Shown one piece after another: positions 28,850 through 38,085 of a stretch of DNA of 64,000 bases. The notes below the pieces were generated by a model. That model ran no database searches. It worked only from the letters and a program-made list of their open reading frames with translations, and was not told the origin of the DNA. The DNA is from an uncultured bacterium (lineage in GTDB: Bacteria; Bacillota_I; Bacilli_A; RFN20; CAG-826): the NCBI GenBank assembly GCA_949291375.1, contig CASEVI010000004.1, positions 39,495 through 103,494 of the forward strand, written 5' to 3'. Position numbers and translations under genes: made by a program. Position 1 is the first letter of the stretch. Every line of letters begins with the position of its first letter.

Positions 28850-30265
28850 CTATTCTTCAGTTTTTTCTTCTTTTTTTGTTGTTGTTTTTTTAGCTGTTGT
28901 TTTTTTAGCTGGAGTCTTTTCTTTTTTTGTATCTTCCTTAACTTCTTTTTCTTCTTTTTTACCATTTACTTCAGCTTTTTTATCTTCTAAATTGTTAGCA
29001 ATTAAGAATCTTTCAATCTTATTTTGGTAAAGATTTGAAATAATGTTTTGTTCATTTGGTGATAATGCTTTTTTAACATCTTCAAGTTTCATACCATATT
29101 GTTTTGCAACATTCTCATAGTATTGTTCAACTTCACTTCTTGTGATAGTTAAATGTTCAACTTGACCAATTTTATTTAAGATTAAATATTCTCTTAATCT
29201 TGTTAAAGCATTTTCTCTAAAATTGTTATCTAAAGTTTCATCACTCATACCAGTGATTTCTTTATATTGTTCATAAGTTAAACCATTTTGAGTGATTTGA
29301 TCGATTGTTTGTTGCTTTAATGAAGCAGCTTCAGATTGAATTAATCTTTCTGGGATTTCTAAAGTTGAATTTTCAATAACTTTATTTAAAAGATCAGTAA
29401 ATTGTTGATTTTTAGCTTCATTTGTTTTTCTAGCTAAAAGTGTAGCTGTTTCATGTTTTCTTAAATCTTCAACGGTATTAACTCCTTCAAGAGATAATGA
29501 TTTAACGAATTCATCATTTAATTCAGGAATAACTTTAGTTTTAACTTCATGGATAATACAAACGAATTTAGCTTCTTTTCCTGCTAAATCTTTAATATAT
29601 TGTTCTGGGAAAGTAACAATAACATCTTTTTTGCTTTCAGCAGTAACACCAACAAGTTGATCTTCAAATCCTGGAACAAATTGATTTGAACCTAAGACTA
29701 AAGAGTAATTATCAGCACTTCCGCCATCAAATTCTTTTCCATTAATATATCCTTTAAAATCAAAAACAACGGTATCACCCATTGCTGCTGGACCATCTTT
29801 TAATGTTAATTCAGCGTTATCTTCTAAAAGTTTATTAATAGCACCATCTGTTTCTTCTTTAGTAACAATTGCTTTTTTAAGAGGAATATTTAATTCCTTA
29901 TATTGTCCCAAAGTAACTTCTGGTTCAACAATGATTTTAAATGTTAATTCAATTTCATCTTCTTTATAACCTGTGCATTCGACATTTGGTTGAGCAATAG
30001 GTCTAATTTTATGTTCTTTTAAAACCGCTTGATAAGCAGGATTAATTGATTCATTAATTGTTTCATTAGCAAGTTGCATTGGTGAAATATGATCTTTAGC
30101 GATTTCAATTGGAGCTTTTCCTTTTCTAAAGCCTTTAATTTGAACCTTACTTGCTAAAGATTTTAAAGCCTTTTGTTTAGCTGTATTTAATTCATCACCT
30201 TTAACACAGTATTTAACTTCATATTCTGAGTTTCCGATTTTCTTTAAATTTGTTGCCATTTTCAT
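28850..30265 (-). CDS. tig: Trigger factor, with a Lys/Thr-rich C-terminal tail.
   Basis: Ribosome-binding N-terminus (GFRKGKAP) and an FKBP-type PPIase domain are present. The tig-lon-engB order is conserved. The tail ...KKTTAKKTTTKKEEKTEE is encoded by a tandem 16-nt repeat. Confidence 0.85.
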   Translation of the reverse strand: MKMATNLKKIGNSEYEVKYCVKGDELNTAKQKALKSLASKVQIKGFRKGKAPIEIAKDHISPMQLANETINESINPAYQAVLKEHKIRPIAQPNVECTGYKEDEIELTFKIIVEPEVTLGQYKELNIPLKKAIVTKEETDGAINKLLEDNAELTLKDGPAAMGDTVVFDFKGYINGKEFDGGSADNYSLVLGSNQFVPGFEDQLVGVTAESKKDVIVTFPEQYIKDLAGKEAKFVCIIHEVKTKVIPELNDEFVKSLSLEGVNTVEDLRKHETATLLARKTNEAKNQQFTDLLNKVIENSTLEIPERLIQSEAASLKQQTIDQITQNGLTYEQYKEITGMSDETLDNNFRENALTRLREYLILNKIGQVEHLTITRSEVEQYYENVAKQYGMKLEDVKKALSPNEQNIISNLYQNKIERFLIANNLEDKKAEVNGKKEEKEVKEDTKKEKTPAKKTTAKKTTTKKEEKTEE

Positions 30266-30331
30266 TTCTCCTTAACTTATTTTTATTCTCAAAAATTATA
30301 TACTAAGTAATAATAGTAGTAAATAATATTA

Positions 30332-30345
30332 CACTTTATAAAGTG
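30332..30345. promoter_or_regulatory. Perfect 14-bp palindrome CACTTTATAAAGTG in the tig upstream region.
   Basis: Seen directly in the sequence. It is a candidate operator or small hairpin. No regulator can be assigned. Confidence 0.3.
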
Positions 30346-30369
30346 CGGCCAAAAAATAATACCAAAAAA

Positions 30370-31281
30370 TTAAATATTATTAAATGAATTTTCGTATTCT
30401 TTTATTATTTTTTCATCGATTTTTAATTCTTTTACAATATTATCTTCGTTTATATCAGCACTTATATTCGTATAAGCTTTTCGAATGGCTAAATATAAAA
30501 TAGTTTCTAATTCATCATTATTAAAAAATGTGGGAATTTCATTATTTAAAAAAGAAATAAAATAATAACTTATGTCATCGATTAAATTAGTAACTTTTTC
30601 GTTTCTTTTAACAAATTTAATCATTTCATCAATCTTTTTTTCATAAGTTAAATATTGAACTTGATATTCTTTTGGATTGATATAATAAAATTTTCCGTTT
30701 TTAAAAAAGGAAATTTCTTTATCAAATCCTGTTTCTAAAAGTTCTAATAAAAGAAAATTTTTAGCTAAATCAAAGTTTTCTCTTTTTATAAATGCTTCAT
30801 AAAAAACAACACCATAACTATTAATTTTATCTTCAAAATTTTCATGAATATATTTAATTGCTCCAATTACATCATCAGAATTATCGCTATTTAATTCCTC
30901 AATAAAATTATAGTTTGTAGTAGAATTATCTTCGGTTGTAGCTTTTATTTTTCTATAATTTTTATCCAAATCTTGAATAAATTCTTCGGCTTCTTGAGAT
31001 ATATAAGGTAAAGATTTAATTCTTTCAAACTCTCTTTTAACTAATTCTTCATTATCTAATAAAGCAAGAATTAAAAGTAAATAATTCATCGATGCTAAAA
31101 AATCTGTTTTTTCTAAGATTTTTTCTCTTTTTTTATAAAATTCAAAAGCACCACCAACATTATTTAAAGAAATATAAGAAGATAAAACATAAAGTAAATC
31201 TTCATATTTAAAAGAGTCTTTAAAAATTTCAATAATTTGTTCAAATTCTTGTTTATCAAACATTTCAGCAATCTTTTTCAT
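30370..31281 (-). CDS. Hypothetical cytoplasmic protein of 303 aa, probably helical.
   Basis: A long ORF with AT-rich but coding-like composition ends 4 nt before uvrC on the same strand. No motif is recognisable. Confidence 0.5.
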   Translation of the reverse strand: MKKIAEMFDKQEFEQIIEIFKDSFKYEDLLYVLSSYISLNNVGGAFEFYKKREKILEKTDFLASMNYLLLILALLDNEELVKREFERIKSLPYISQEAEEFIQDLDKNYRKIKATTEDNSTTNYNFIEELNSDNSDDVIGAIKYIHENFEDKINSYGVVFYEAFIKRENFDLAKNFLLLELLETGFDKEISFFKNGKFYYINPKEYQVQYLTYEKKIDEMIKFVKRNEKVTNLIDDISYYFISFLNNEIPTFFNNDELETILYLAIRKAYTNISADINEDNIVKELKIDEKIIKEYENSFNNI

Positions 31282-31285
31282 TTTT

Positions 31286-33043
31286 TTATAACTCCTTTAA
31301 TTTATCCATTAATTCAACAGCACTTTCATTAGGTATAAATTGTTTAAGCTCTTCTAAACTTGCTTTTTTTAAATCAATTAATGTAGGAAATTGTTTTATT
31401 AAAAGTTCTCTTCTTTTTTTACCTATTCCTTTTATATCGTCAAAAATTGAATTAAACATGCTTTTATTTCTTTTCTTTATATGAGTAGAAATAGCATAAC
31501 GATGGACACTATCTTGCATCTTTGTTAAGAAAATAAATAAATTTTTATCATCTAAAGTGATTTCATTTAAATTTTCATCCATTAAAGCTCTAGTTCGATG
31601 CTTATCATCTTTTACTAAACCTGCTAAATTGATTTTAACCCCAACTTTTTTTAATGTTTCTTTAGCTGCCTCAATTTGAGTCATTCCTCCATCAACAATA
31701 ATTAAATCAGGAAATTTTTGATTTTCTTCTTTTAAACGAGAATATCTTCGATATATTACTTCTTTCATTGAAGAAATATCATCTTTTTTATTATATGACT
31801 CGATGTTAAATTTTCGATTCATTTTTTTATATTCTTCACCATTTATATAAGCAACCATTGCTCCAATAGCATTTGTTCCTTGAAGATGGGAATTATCGAA
31901 TAATTCAATATAGTAAGGAATAGGTATTTTTAATAATTTACCTAATTTTTCTAAAAGATCTTCATTGGTTTCTTTGTTTTGATTTGTTTGCAAATACGAA
32001 GAGAAATAATCTTGAGCATTTTGTGTAGCAATATTAACAATATCAATATTCTTTCCAATTTTAGGTAGAATTATAGTAGTATCTAAGTAGTTTTTTAGTA
32101 TATCACTAATTTCTTTTGATGAAATTATTATCTCTTTTGGAAGCATATTATATTGATAATATTGAATTAAAACATCACTAATAAAATCATCTAATTCTCC
32201 AATAAGTTCATAAAAAAACTTCTTCTTTCCAATCAATAAACCTTGACGATAAATTAAAATAACTATCGAAACATAATTTTCATTAGTATAAAATCCAATA
32301 AAGTCACGATCAATTTTATCTAAGAATTCAACATTTTGTTTTTCATTTATATATAAAATTGAATCTAGTCTTTTTTTATATTCTAAAGCATTCTCATAAT
32401 CAAGATTTAAAGAATATTCATTAATCTTTTCTTTTAATTTTTTTATAACTTCTTCATTATTTCCTCTTAAAAAACTTTCAATTTCATCGATAATTTTTTT
32501 ATATTGAGAATCTTCGATTTTATTAATACAAGGTCCTAAACATTGATGCATATGATAATAAAGGCAAGGAGATTTAGGTACGCTTGAGCATTTTCTTAAA
32601 GGATATAAAGAATTAATAATATTAATCACTTCATAGGCACTTGAAGAAGATGGATAAGGTCCAAAATAAGAGCTTTTTTTATTTTTCAAATTTCGAGCAA
32701 TTGAAATATACGGATCTTTAATACCTTTATGAAGCTCAATATATGGATAATGTTTATCGTCCATTAAAAGAATGTTATATCTTGGATGATGTTTTTGAAT
32801 TAAATTCATCTCCAAAATTAAAGCTTCTTTTTCACTTGAAGTAATTATAGTTTCAAAATGGTCAACGTGTGAAACCATTGCTGCCGTCTTTCCAGTATGT
32901 GGTCTTAAAAAATATTGTGAGACACGCTTTTTTAAATTCTTTGCCTTTCCAACATAAATAATGTTGTTATTTATATCAAACATCATATAACAACCAGGCA
33001 AATCTTTTAATAAATCTATTTCTTTTTTTAAAATCTCATTCAT
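31286..33043 (-). CDS. uvrC: Excinuclease ABC subunit C.
   Basis: GIY-YIG N-terminus (YMMFDINNNIIYVGKAKNLKKRVSQYF), a UvrBC-interaction region, an RNase H-like endonuclease domain and a C-terminal HhH. Confidence 0.9.
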   Translation of the reverse strand: MNEILKKEIDLLKDLPGCYMMFDINNNIIYVGKAKNLKKRVSQYFLRPHTGKTAAMVSHVDHFETIITSSEKEALILEMNLIQKHHPRYNILLMDDKHYPYIELHKGIKDPYISIARNLKNKKSSYFGPYPSSSSAYEVINIINSLYPLRKCSSVPKSPCLYYHMHQCLGPCINKIEDSQYKKIIDEIESFLRGNNEEVIKKLKEKINEYSLNLDYENALEYKKRLDSILYINEKQNVEFLDKIDRDFIGFYTNENYVSIVILIYRQGLLIGKKKFFYELIGELDDFISDVLIQYYQYNMLPKEIIISSKEISDILKNYLDTTIILPKIGKNIDIVNIATQNAQDYFSSYLQTNQNKETNEDLLEKLGKLLKIPIPYYIELFDNSHLQGTNAIGAMVAYINGEEYKKMNRKFNIESYNKKDDISSMKEVIYRRYSRLKEENQKFPDLIIVDGGMTQIEAAKETLKKVGVKINLAGLVKDDKHRTRALMDENLNEITLDDKNLFIFLTKMQDSVHRYAISTHIKKRNKSMFNSIFDDIKGIGKKRRELLIKQFPTLIDLKKASLEELKQFIPNESAVELMDKLKEL

Positions 33044-33044
33044 T

Positions 33045-35327
33045 TTATTTTAAATTTACTATTGTTGAACCACCATCAGGTCCTAAAGAAAAAGAAGAAA
33101 CATGTTTATTCTTTTTTAAAGCTTCCCATAAAGCTTGTCTAAGTCTTCCGCTACCAAAACCATGAATAACTTTAACGCTGCTCTTTTTATCAACGAGTGC
33201 TTTTGAGATATAGTCTTCCATCATTTCAACACCTTCATGAGTATGATAGCCGATTAAATTTAAACTTGATGAAACGGTGGTTTTATTTAAAATTTTATTA
33301 TCAATATCAAGATTGTTATCTAAAACTTTTTTTGGAGTTGGAATCTTTTTAAGGGAATCAAAAGTTGTTTCAAAACTAAATCCATCTGATGAATTTACAT
33401 TAATTTTATTCCCTTTAATTGAAGTAACTTGTCCTTTTACATCTAATCCTTTAATTAAAACATAGTCTCCGACGTTAATTGGTTCATTTTCACTTTCTTC
33501 AATATTTATTTTTAATAATTTATCCATTGCTTTTTTAGCGTTTTTATCTTTTATAAATTCAGTATAAATATCGTTAATTTCTTTATATTTAGCATCTAAA
33601 TATTTATCAAACTCTTCACTTTTATTTTGATTTAGTTTTTCTATTCTTATCTTAATTTTATTTTTTTCTTGATCAATTAAACTCTGCTCTTTATTTAATC
33701 TTTTTTCGTAATTTTTAAGTTTTTCTTCTTTAAAAGACAAAGCTCTTTCTTTATCTTCAATAATCTCAATACGCTTATCTTCTTCACTCAAATAATTTTT
33801 TTCATAAATTTGTTTTGCTTCATCAACTATTTCTTTATCAATTCCAAATTTATTAGCAATTGCAAAACCATATGATTTTCCACTAACATTTAATAACATT
33901 TTAAATGTAGGGCGAATCTTTTTTTCATCAAAAATAAAGGATGAACTTAAAATATTTTCGTTTTCTAATCCAAACTTTTTAAGTAAAGAATAGTGAGAAG
34001 AAATAACTGATAAACATTTTTTATTTAATAAATACTTAGTAATTGCAATTGAAAGAGCTTCTCCTTCTTTTGGATCGGTTCCATTACAAAGTTCATCAAA
34101 AATAACCAAATCTTTATTGGTTAAGCTTTTTAAAATTGAAGATACGTTTGAAATTTGAGAAGAAAAAGTAGATAAATTATTTTCTAATGATTGATTATCA
34201 CCAATATCTACAAAAATATTATTAAAAACAGCACATTCACTTCCTTCTTCTAATGTTAAAGGAAGAGCAAGTTTAACCATATAAGCTAATGTTCCAATTG
34301 TTTTTAAAGCAACCGTTTTTCCTCCGGCATTTGGGCCACTTATTAATAAAATTCTTTTATTTTCATCAAGTAGAAAATCATTGGGAACACAAATATTTTG
34401 ATCAAGTAAAGGATGTTTTGCTTTTTTAAATTTAAAAGAGTATTTTAAAGAAATTGTAGGAATAGCTGCGTGATATTCTTTCATAAATTTAACTTTAGAA
34501 GTTAAAAAATCAAGCTCTCCAATCGCTTCATTAGAAGAAATTAAATCATGTGAATAAAATAAAACATCTTGTCTAAAAGAAGATAAAATTTTACTTATTT
34601 CATCTCTTTCTTTTAATAAAAGTATATTTTTTTCATTTTCTAATTCAGCTATTTCATAAGGTTCAATAAATGTTGTTGCGCCACTATCAGAAATATCTAA
34701 AACGACTCCAAAAACAGAAGATTTTAAAGATGAAGAAATTGGAATAGCATAATGTCCATTTCTAAAAACATAATTATCACCATTCATCTTATCTTTATTT
34801 TTTTGCATAATTATAGATAAAGAAGAATGAATTCTTTTATCAATATTTCTTAAAGAATTACGAATATTTCCTAATTCTTTAGAAGCACTATCTAAAATAG
34901 AACCATCATTTCCAATGGATTTATTAATTTTATTATATAATTCACTACAAGGTTTAATTTTTGAAAATATTTCAAAAATTATCTTATAATCATCTTTATT
35001 TTTAATTTTTGTTAAAAATGAAGTTATTTCAAAAGAAGAATATATTTCATCTTTTAATAAATTAAGTTTTAATGGGTTTAATAATTTACCAGCTTTTAAA
35101 GAGTTAATTTCACTAGATAAAATTAGTTTAGAATAAATAGGAAGTTCACCATAATTTTCATATAACTTATACATTTCATCTAACTTTTTATATTCTCTAA
35201 TTACATACTTTTTTTCATTAGATAAAGCAAGATTATTAAAAATATCGATTCCTTTAATCGTTTTAGCATATTTTTTAAATAGATCGATAACTTTATTTAT
35301 TTCTAATATATAAAAACTTTTTTTCAT
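33045..35327 (-). CDS. mutS2: Endonuclease MutS2.
   Basis: Walker A GPNAGGKT and a C-terminal Smr domain (VIHGFGSGRLRQAL). The 760-aa length fits. Confidence 0.85.
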   Translation of the reverse strand: MKKSFYILEINKVIDLFKKYAKTIKGIDIFNNLALSNEKKYVIREYKKLDEMYKLYENYGELPIYSKLILSSEINSLKAGKLLNPLKLNLLKDEIYSSFEITSFLTKIKNKDDYKIIFEIFSKIKPCSELYNKINKSIGNDGSILDSASKELGNIRNSLRNIDKRIHSSLSIIMQKNKDKMNGDNYVFRNGHYAIPISSSLKSSVFGVVLDISDSGATTFIEPYEIAELENEKNILLLKERDEISKILSSFRQDVLFYSHDLISSNEAIGELDFLTSKVKFMKEYHAAIPTISLKYSFKFKKAKHPLLDQNICVPNDFLLDENKRILLISGPNAGGKTVALKTIGTLAYMVKLALPLTLEEGSECAVFNNIFVDIGDNQSLENNLSTFSSQISNVSSILKSLTNKDLVIFDELCNGTDPKEGEALSIAITKYLLNKKCLSVISSHYSLLKKFGLENENILSSSFIFDEKKIRPTFKMLLNVSGKSYGFAIANKFGIDKEIVDEAKQIYEKNYLSEEDKRIEIIEDKERALSFKEEKLKNYEKRLNKEQSLIDQEKNKIKIRIEKLNQNKSEEFDKYLDAKYKEINDIYTEFIKDKNAKKAMDKLLKINIEESENEPINVGDYVLIKGLDVKGQVTSIKGNKINVNSSDGFSFETTFDSLKKIPTPKKVLDNNLDIDNKILNKTTVSSSLNLIGYHTHEGVEMMEDYISKALVDKKSSVKVIHGFGSGRLRQALWEALKKNKHVSSFSLGPDGGSTIVNLK

Positions 35328-35480
35328 AAATTTAACTTATTTATAATACATTATTTTTCATTTCTTATAAATAAATATAAATATTCCTCATTTTTTTATT
35401 TTCTTTATCAATAAAAGAATATTATTTAAAAATAAAATATATTTTTTAATATTTTTTAACTAATATAAACTAAGAATTTA

Positions 35481-35492
35481 CGATAACTATCG
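35481..35492. promoter_or_regulatory. Perfect 12-bp palindrome CGATAACTATCG in the divergent mutS2/rnhC promoter region.
   Basis: Seen directly in the sequence. It shares the ATCGA half-site with the palindrome at 54266-54289. Confidence 0.25.
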
Positions 35493-35530
35493 AAAAAATC
35501 ATTATAAAAAATTTTAAATATGTTATAATT

Positions 35531-36463
35531 ATGACAATGGTAACGATTAAAGTTGATGTTGAAACATTAAATAAAATTAGAAACGATTTTAAAGAAAATA
35601 TCATTGGCGAAAATATTGGATATATTATTTTTGTTGCAAAAACACCTGATTATGTAGTTACAGCTTATGATAATAAAAAGAAAAATACTTTTAAAATTAC
35701 AATTCAAGGAAAGGATCCTCTTACTCTTGCTTTAAAATATAGTGATGAGCCACTTTCATTCCCTAAAAAGAAAGAAATTATAAAAGAATCTCCTTATTTT
35801 ATCGATGTAAATCCACAAATCGGTAGTGATGAAGTTGGAACTGGTGATTTTTTAGGACCGGTTGTTGTTTGTGCAGCTTATTGTGATAACGAAACAATGA
35901 AATTTATTAATGAATATGGTATTACCGATTCTAAAAAATTAAGTGATAAACAAATTTTATCAATCGTTCCTCTTTTAATTAAAAAAGTTTATTATGAAGC
36001 TAAAGTTTTAAGTATCGAAAAATATAATAATGCTAAATCAAAAGGTTTTAATTTAAATCAAATGAAAGCAATTTTACATAATTTCTGTCTTTTAAGATTA
36101 CATGCTCGTGTTCCTTATGTTAATAATGTTTATATGGATAAATTTGTCGATGAAGACAAATATTATGAATATTTAAAAGGAATGAGTAAAATCCAAAAAG
36201 GCATCATTTTTAAAGAAAAAGGTGAAACTTATTTTCCTAGCGTAGCTTTAGCTAGTTGTATCGCTCGTTATTTATTCCTTCAAGAAATTGATTTAATAAA
36301 TAAAAAATATAATGTTAGTGTTCCTTTAGGGGCTGGAGAAAAAGTAAATCTTTTCTCAAAATCGTTTATTCATAAATTTGGAATTGAGGAATTTAATAAA
36401 ATTGCTAAAAAGAGTTTTGCTAACTATAAAGAAGTTATAAATGAAACTACTTCTCTTCTTTAA
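35531..36463 (+). CDS. rnhC: Ribonuclease HIII.
   Basis: N-terminal TBP-like domain and the catalytic DEVGTGDFLGPVVV motif. The 310-aa length fits. A second ATG at 35537 is an alternative start. Confidence 0.85.
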   Translation: MTMVTIKVDVETLNKIRNDFKENIIGENIGYIIFVAKTPDYVVTAYDNKKKNTFKITIQGKDPLTLALKYSDEPLSFPKKKEIIKESPYFIDVNPQIGSDEVGTGDFLGPVVVCAAYCDNETMKFINEYGITDSKKLSDKQILSIVPLLIKKVYYEAKVLSIEKYNNAKSKGFNLNQMKAILHNFCLLRLHARVPYVNNVYMDKFVDEDKYYEYLKGMSKIQKGIIFKEKGETYFPSVALASCIARYLFLQEIDLINKKYNVSVPLGAGEKVNLFSKSFIHKFGIEEFNKIAKKSFANYKEVINETTSLL

Positions 36464-37370
36464 GTTTATTTAAAACTTCTAAAAAGTATGATGGTAAAGA
36501 GATTTCTAAAGAAATCTCTTTTTTTAATGTTGGATGAAAGAAGACTAATTTATATGCATGTAAAAGTTGACCGTTATTATAAATATGATTACTTCCTCCA
36601 TAAATTGTATCTCCAACTAAAGGATGCTTAATTGAAGAAAGATGAACTCTTATTTGATGAGTTCTTCCAGTTTCAAGTTCACATTTAATTAATGTATATT
36701 GATTTTTAAATCTATCTAAAACATGGACATGAGTAATCGCTTCTTTTCCATTTTTACTATCAATCGCCATTTTTAAACGATTAGTTTTATCTCGTCCAAT
36801 TTTTCCAACAATTTTTAAATCATTTTCTTCAATTATTCCATCTACTAAAGCAATATAACTTCTTTCCATTGAATGATCTTTTAATTCTTTAGCTATTTCA
36901 TTATGAGTATAATCATTTTTTGCAATTAAAAGTAAACCCGAAGTATCTTTATCAATACGGTGCACAATTCCTACTCTATTAAGTCCATTGACACTTGAAA
37001 GTTCAATTTTATTATAAATTAAAGCATTAACAAGCGTATCATCAATATGTCCACTTCCTGGATGGACTACTAATCCTTTAGGTTTATTAATAACTAATAA
37101 ATCATCATCTTGATAAACAATATCTAATTTAAATTCATAAGGTTTTAAATTTAAATTAGATTCTTTATCATCAAAATTAACGATTACTTCATCATTTTCT
37201 TTTACCTTATATGATGGAGAAACAATTTTTTTATTAACTAAAACATTGCCATGTTTAATTAAATATGAAAAATATTCTCTAGAATATTTTTCATTTAATA
37301 AAGTTAAAGCTTTATCTAATCTTAATGTCTCAATATTTTTATTAATTAGAAATTTCTTTTCCATTTTCAC
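36447..37370 (-). CDS. rluD: 23S rRNA pseudouridine synthase of the RluD/RluA family.
   Basis: S4 domain and the catalytic HRIDKDTSGLLL motif. It lies downstream of lspA, as in Bacillus. Confidence 0.85.
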   Translation of the reverse strand: MKMEKKFLINKNIETLRLDKALTLLNEKYSREYFSYLIKHGNVLVNKKIVSPSYKVKENDEVIVNFDDKESNLNLKPYEFKLDIVYQDDDLLVINKPKGLVVHPGSGHIDDTLVNALIYNKIELSSVNGLNRVGIVHRIDKDTSGLLLIAKNDYTHNEIAKELKDHSMERSYIALVDGIIEENDLKIVGKIGRDKTNRLKMAIDSKNGKEAITHVHVLDRFKNQYTLIKCELETGRTHQIRVHLSSIKHPLVGDTIYGGSNHIYNNGQLLHAYKLVFFHPTLKKEISLEISLPSYFLEVLNKLKEEK

Positions 37371-38085
37371 TATTATTTTCTTTATTTAAAGAATTATCAT
37401 TATTACTAATTTTATCATTATTTTCTACTAAATTATTACTATTAGTTTTATTTTCTTTAATATTCTTTAATTCTTCTTGTTCTTTCTTTTTATTATCTTC
37501 ACCTTTAAAAATATCAATAATTAAAGAAATTAATAAAATGATTACCCCAATAACAACAAAACTATCTGCAATATTAAATATTCCAAAATTAGGAATTAAA
37601 GGAGTAACATCGATAAAATCAATAACTCCACAAGGATTATCCCAATAAAACGTACGATCAATTAAATTACCAAAATTACCACCATAAATTAATATTAAGC
37701 ATAATAGATTTAAAATATTAAACTGGTGTTTATTCTTTTTATAATAATAAATTATAAAAATAGGTACTCCTAAAAATACTAACCAAGAAATAATAATAAA
37801 AATTACTCTTGCAATAATGGTGCCACTTCCCATTCCAAAAGCGGCACCATTATTAGTTAATAAAGTAAAATTTAATAATCCAGGAATAACTTCAACACTA
37901 TTTCCTTGTTGAAAAGGCAATTCATTTGAAGAAGGATAAGTAATTAAAGGACCTAAAAAATAAACAGCTAACCATTTAGTTAATTGATCAATCAAACATA
38001 AAAAAACGGATACTAAAAAGATAATTAAAAGTTGTTTTTTATATTCTTTCACTACTTTTTTAATACTTTTAAGCATCTTGGACAT
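37342..38085 (-). CDS. lspA: Lipoprotein signal peptidase II, with an ~80-aa N/K/E-rich low-complexity C-terminal tail.
   Basis: LspA motifs NNGAAFGMG and FNIADSFVVIGVI are present. The ileS-lspA-rluD synteny supports the call. Confidence 0.8.
   Translation of the reverse strand: MSKMLKSIKKVVKEYKKQLLIIFLVSVFLCLIDQLTKWLAVYFLGPLITYPSSNELPFQQGNSVEVIPGLLNFTLLTNNGAAFGMGSGTIIARVIFIIISWLVFLGVPIFIIYYYKKNKHQFNILNLLCLILIYGGNFGNLIDRTFYWDNPCGVIDFIDVTPLIPNFGIFNIADSFVVIGVIILLISLIIDIFKGEDNKKKEQEELKNIKENKTNSNNLVENNDKISNNDNSLNKENNSENGKEISN

Noticed and set aside
28818-29030. 70-aa plus-strand ORF antisense to the tig 3' end.
   Set aside because: It is a product of the poly-T/poly-A repeat encoding the Tig Lys-rich tail, with Phe/Ser-rich junk composition.
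33277-33465. 62-aa plus-strand ORF inside mutS2.
   Set aside because: Antisense shadow ORF.
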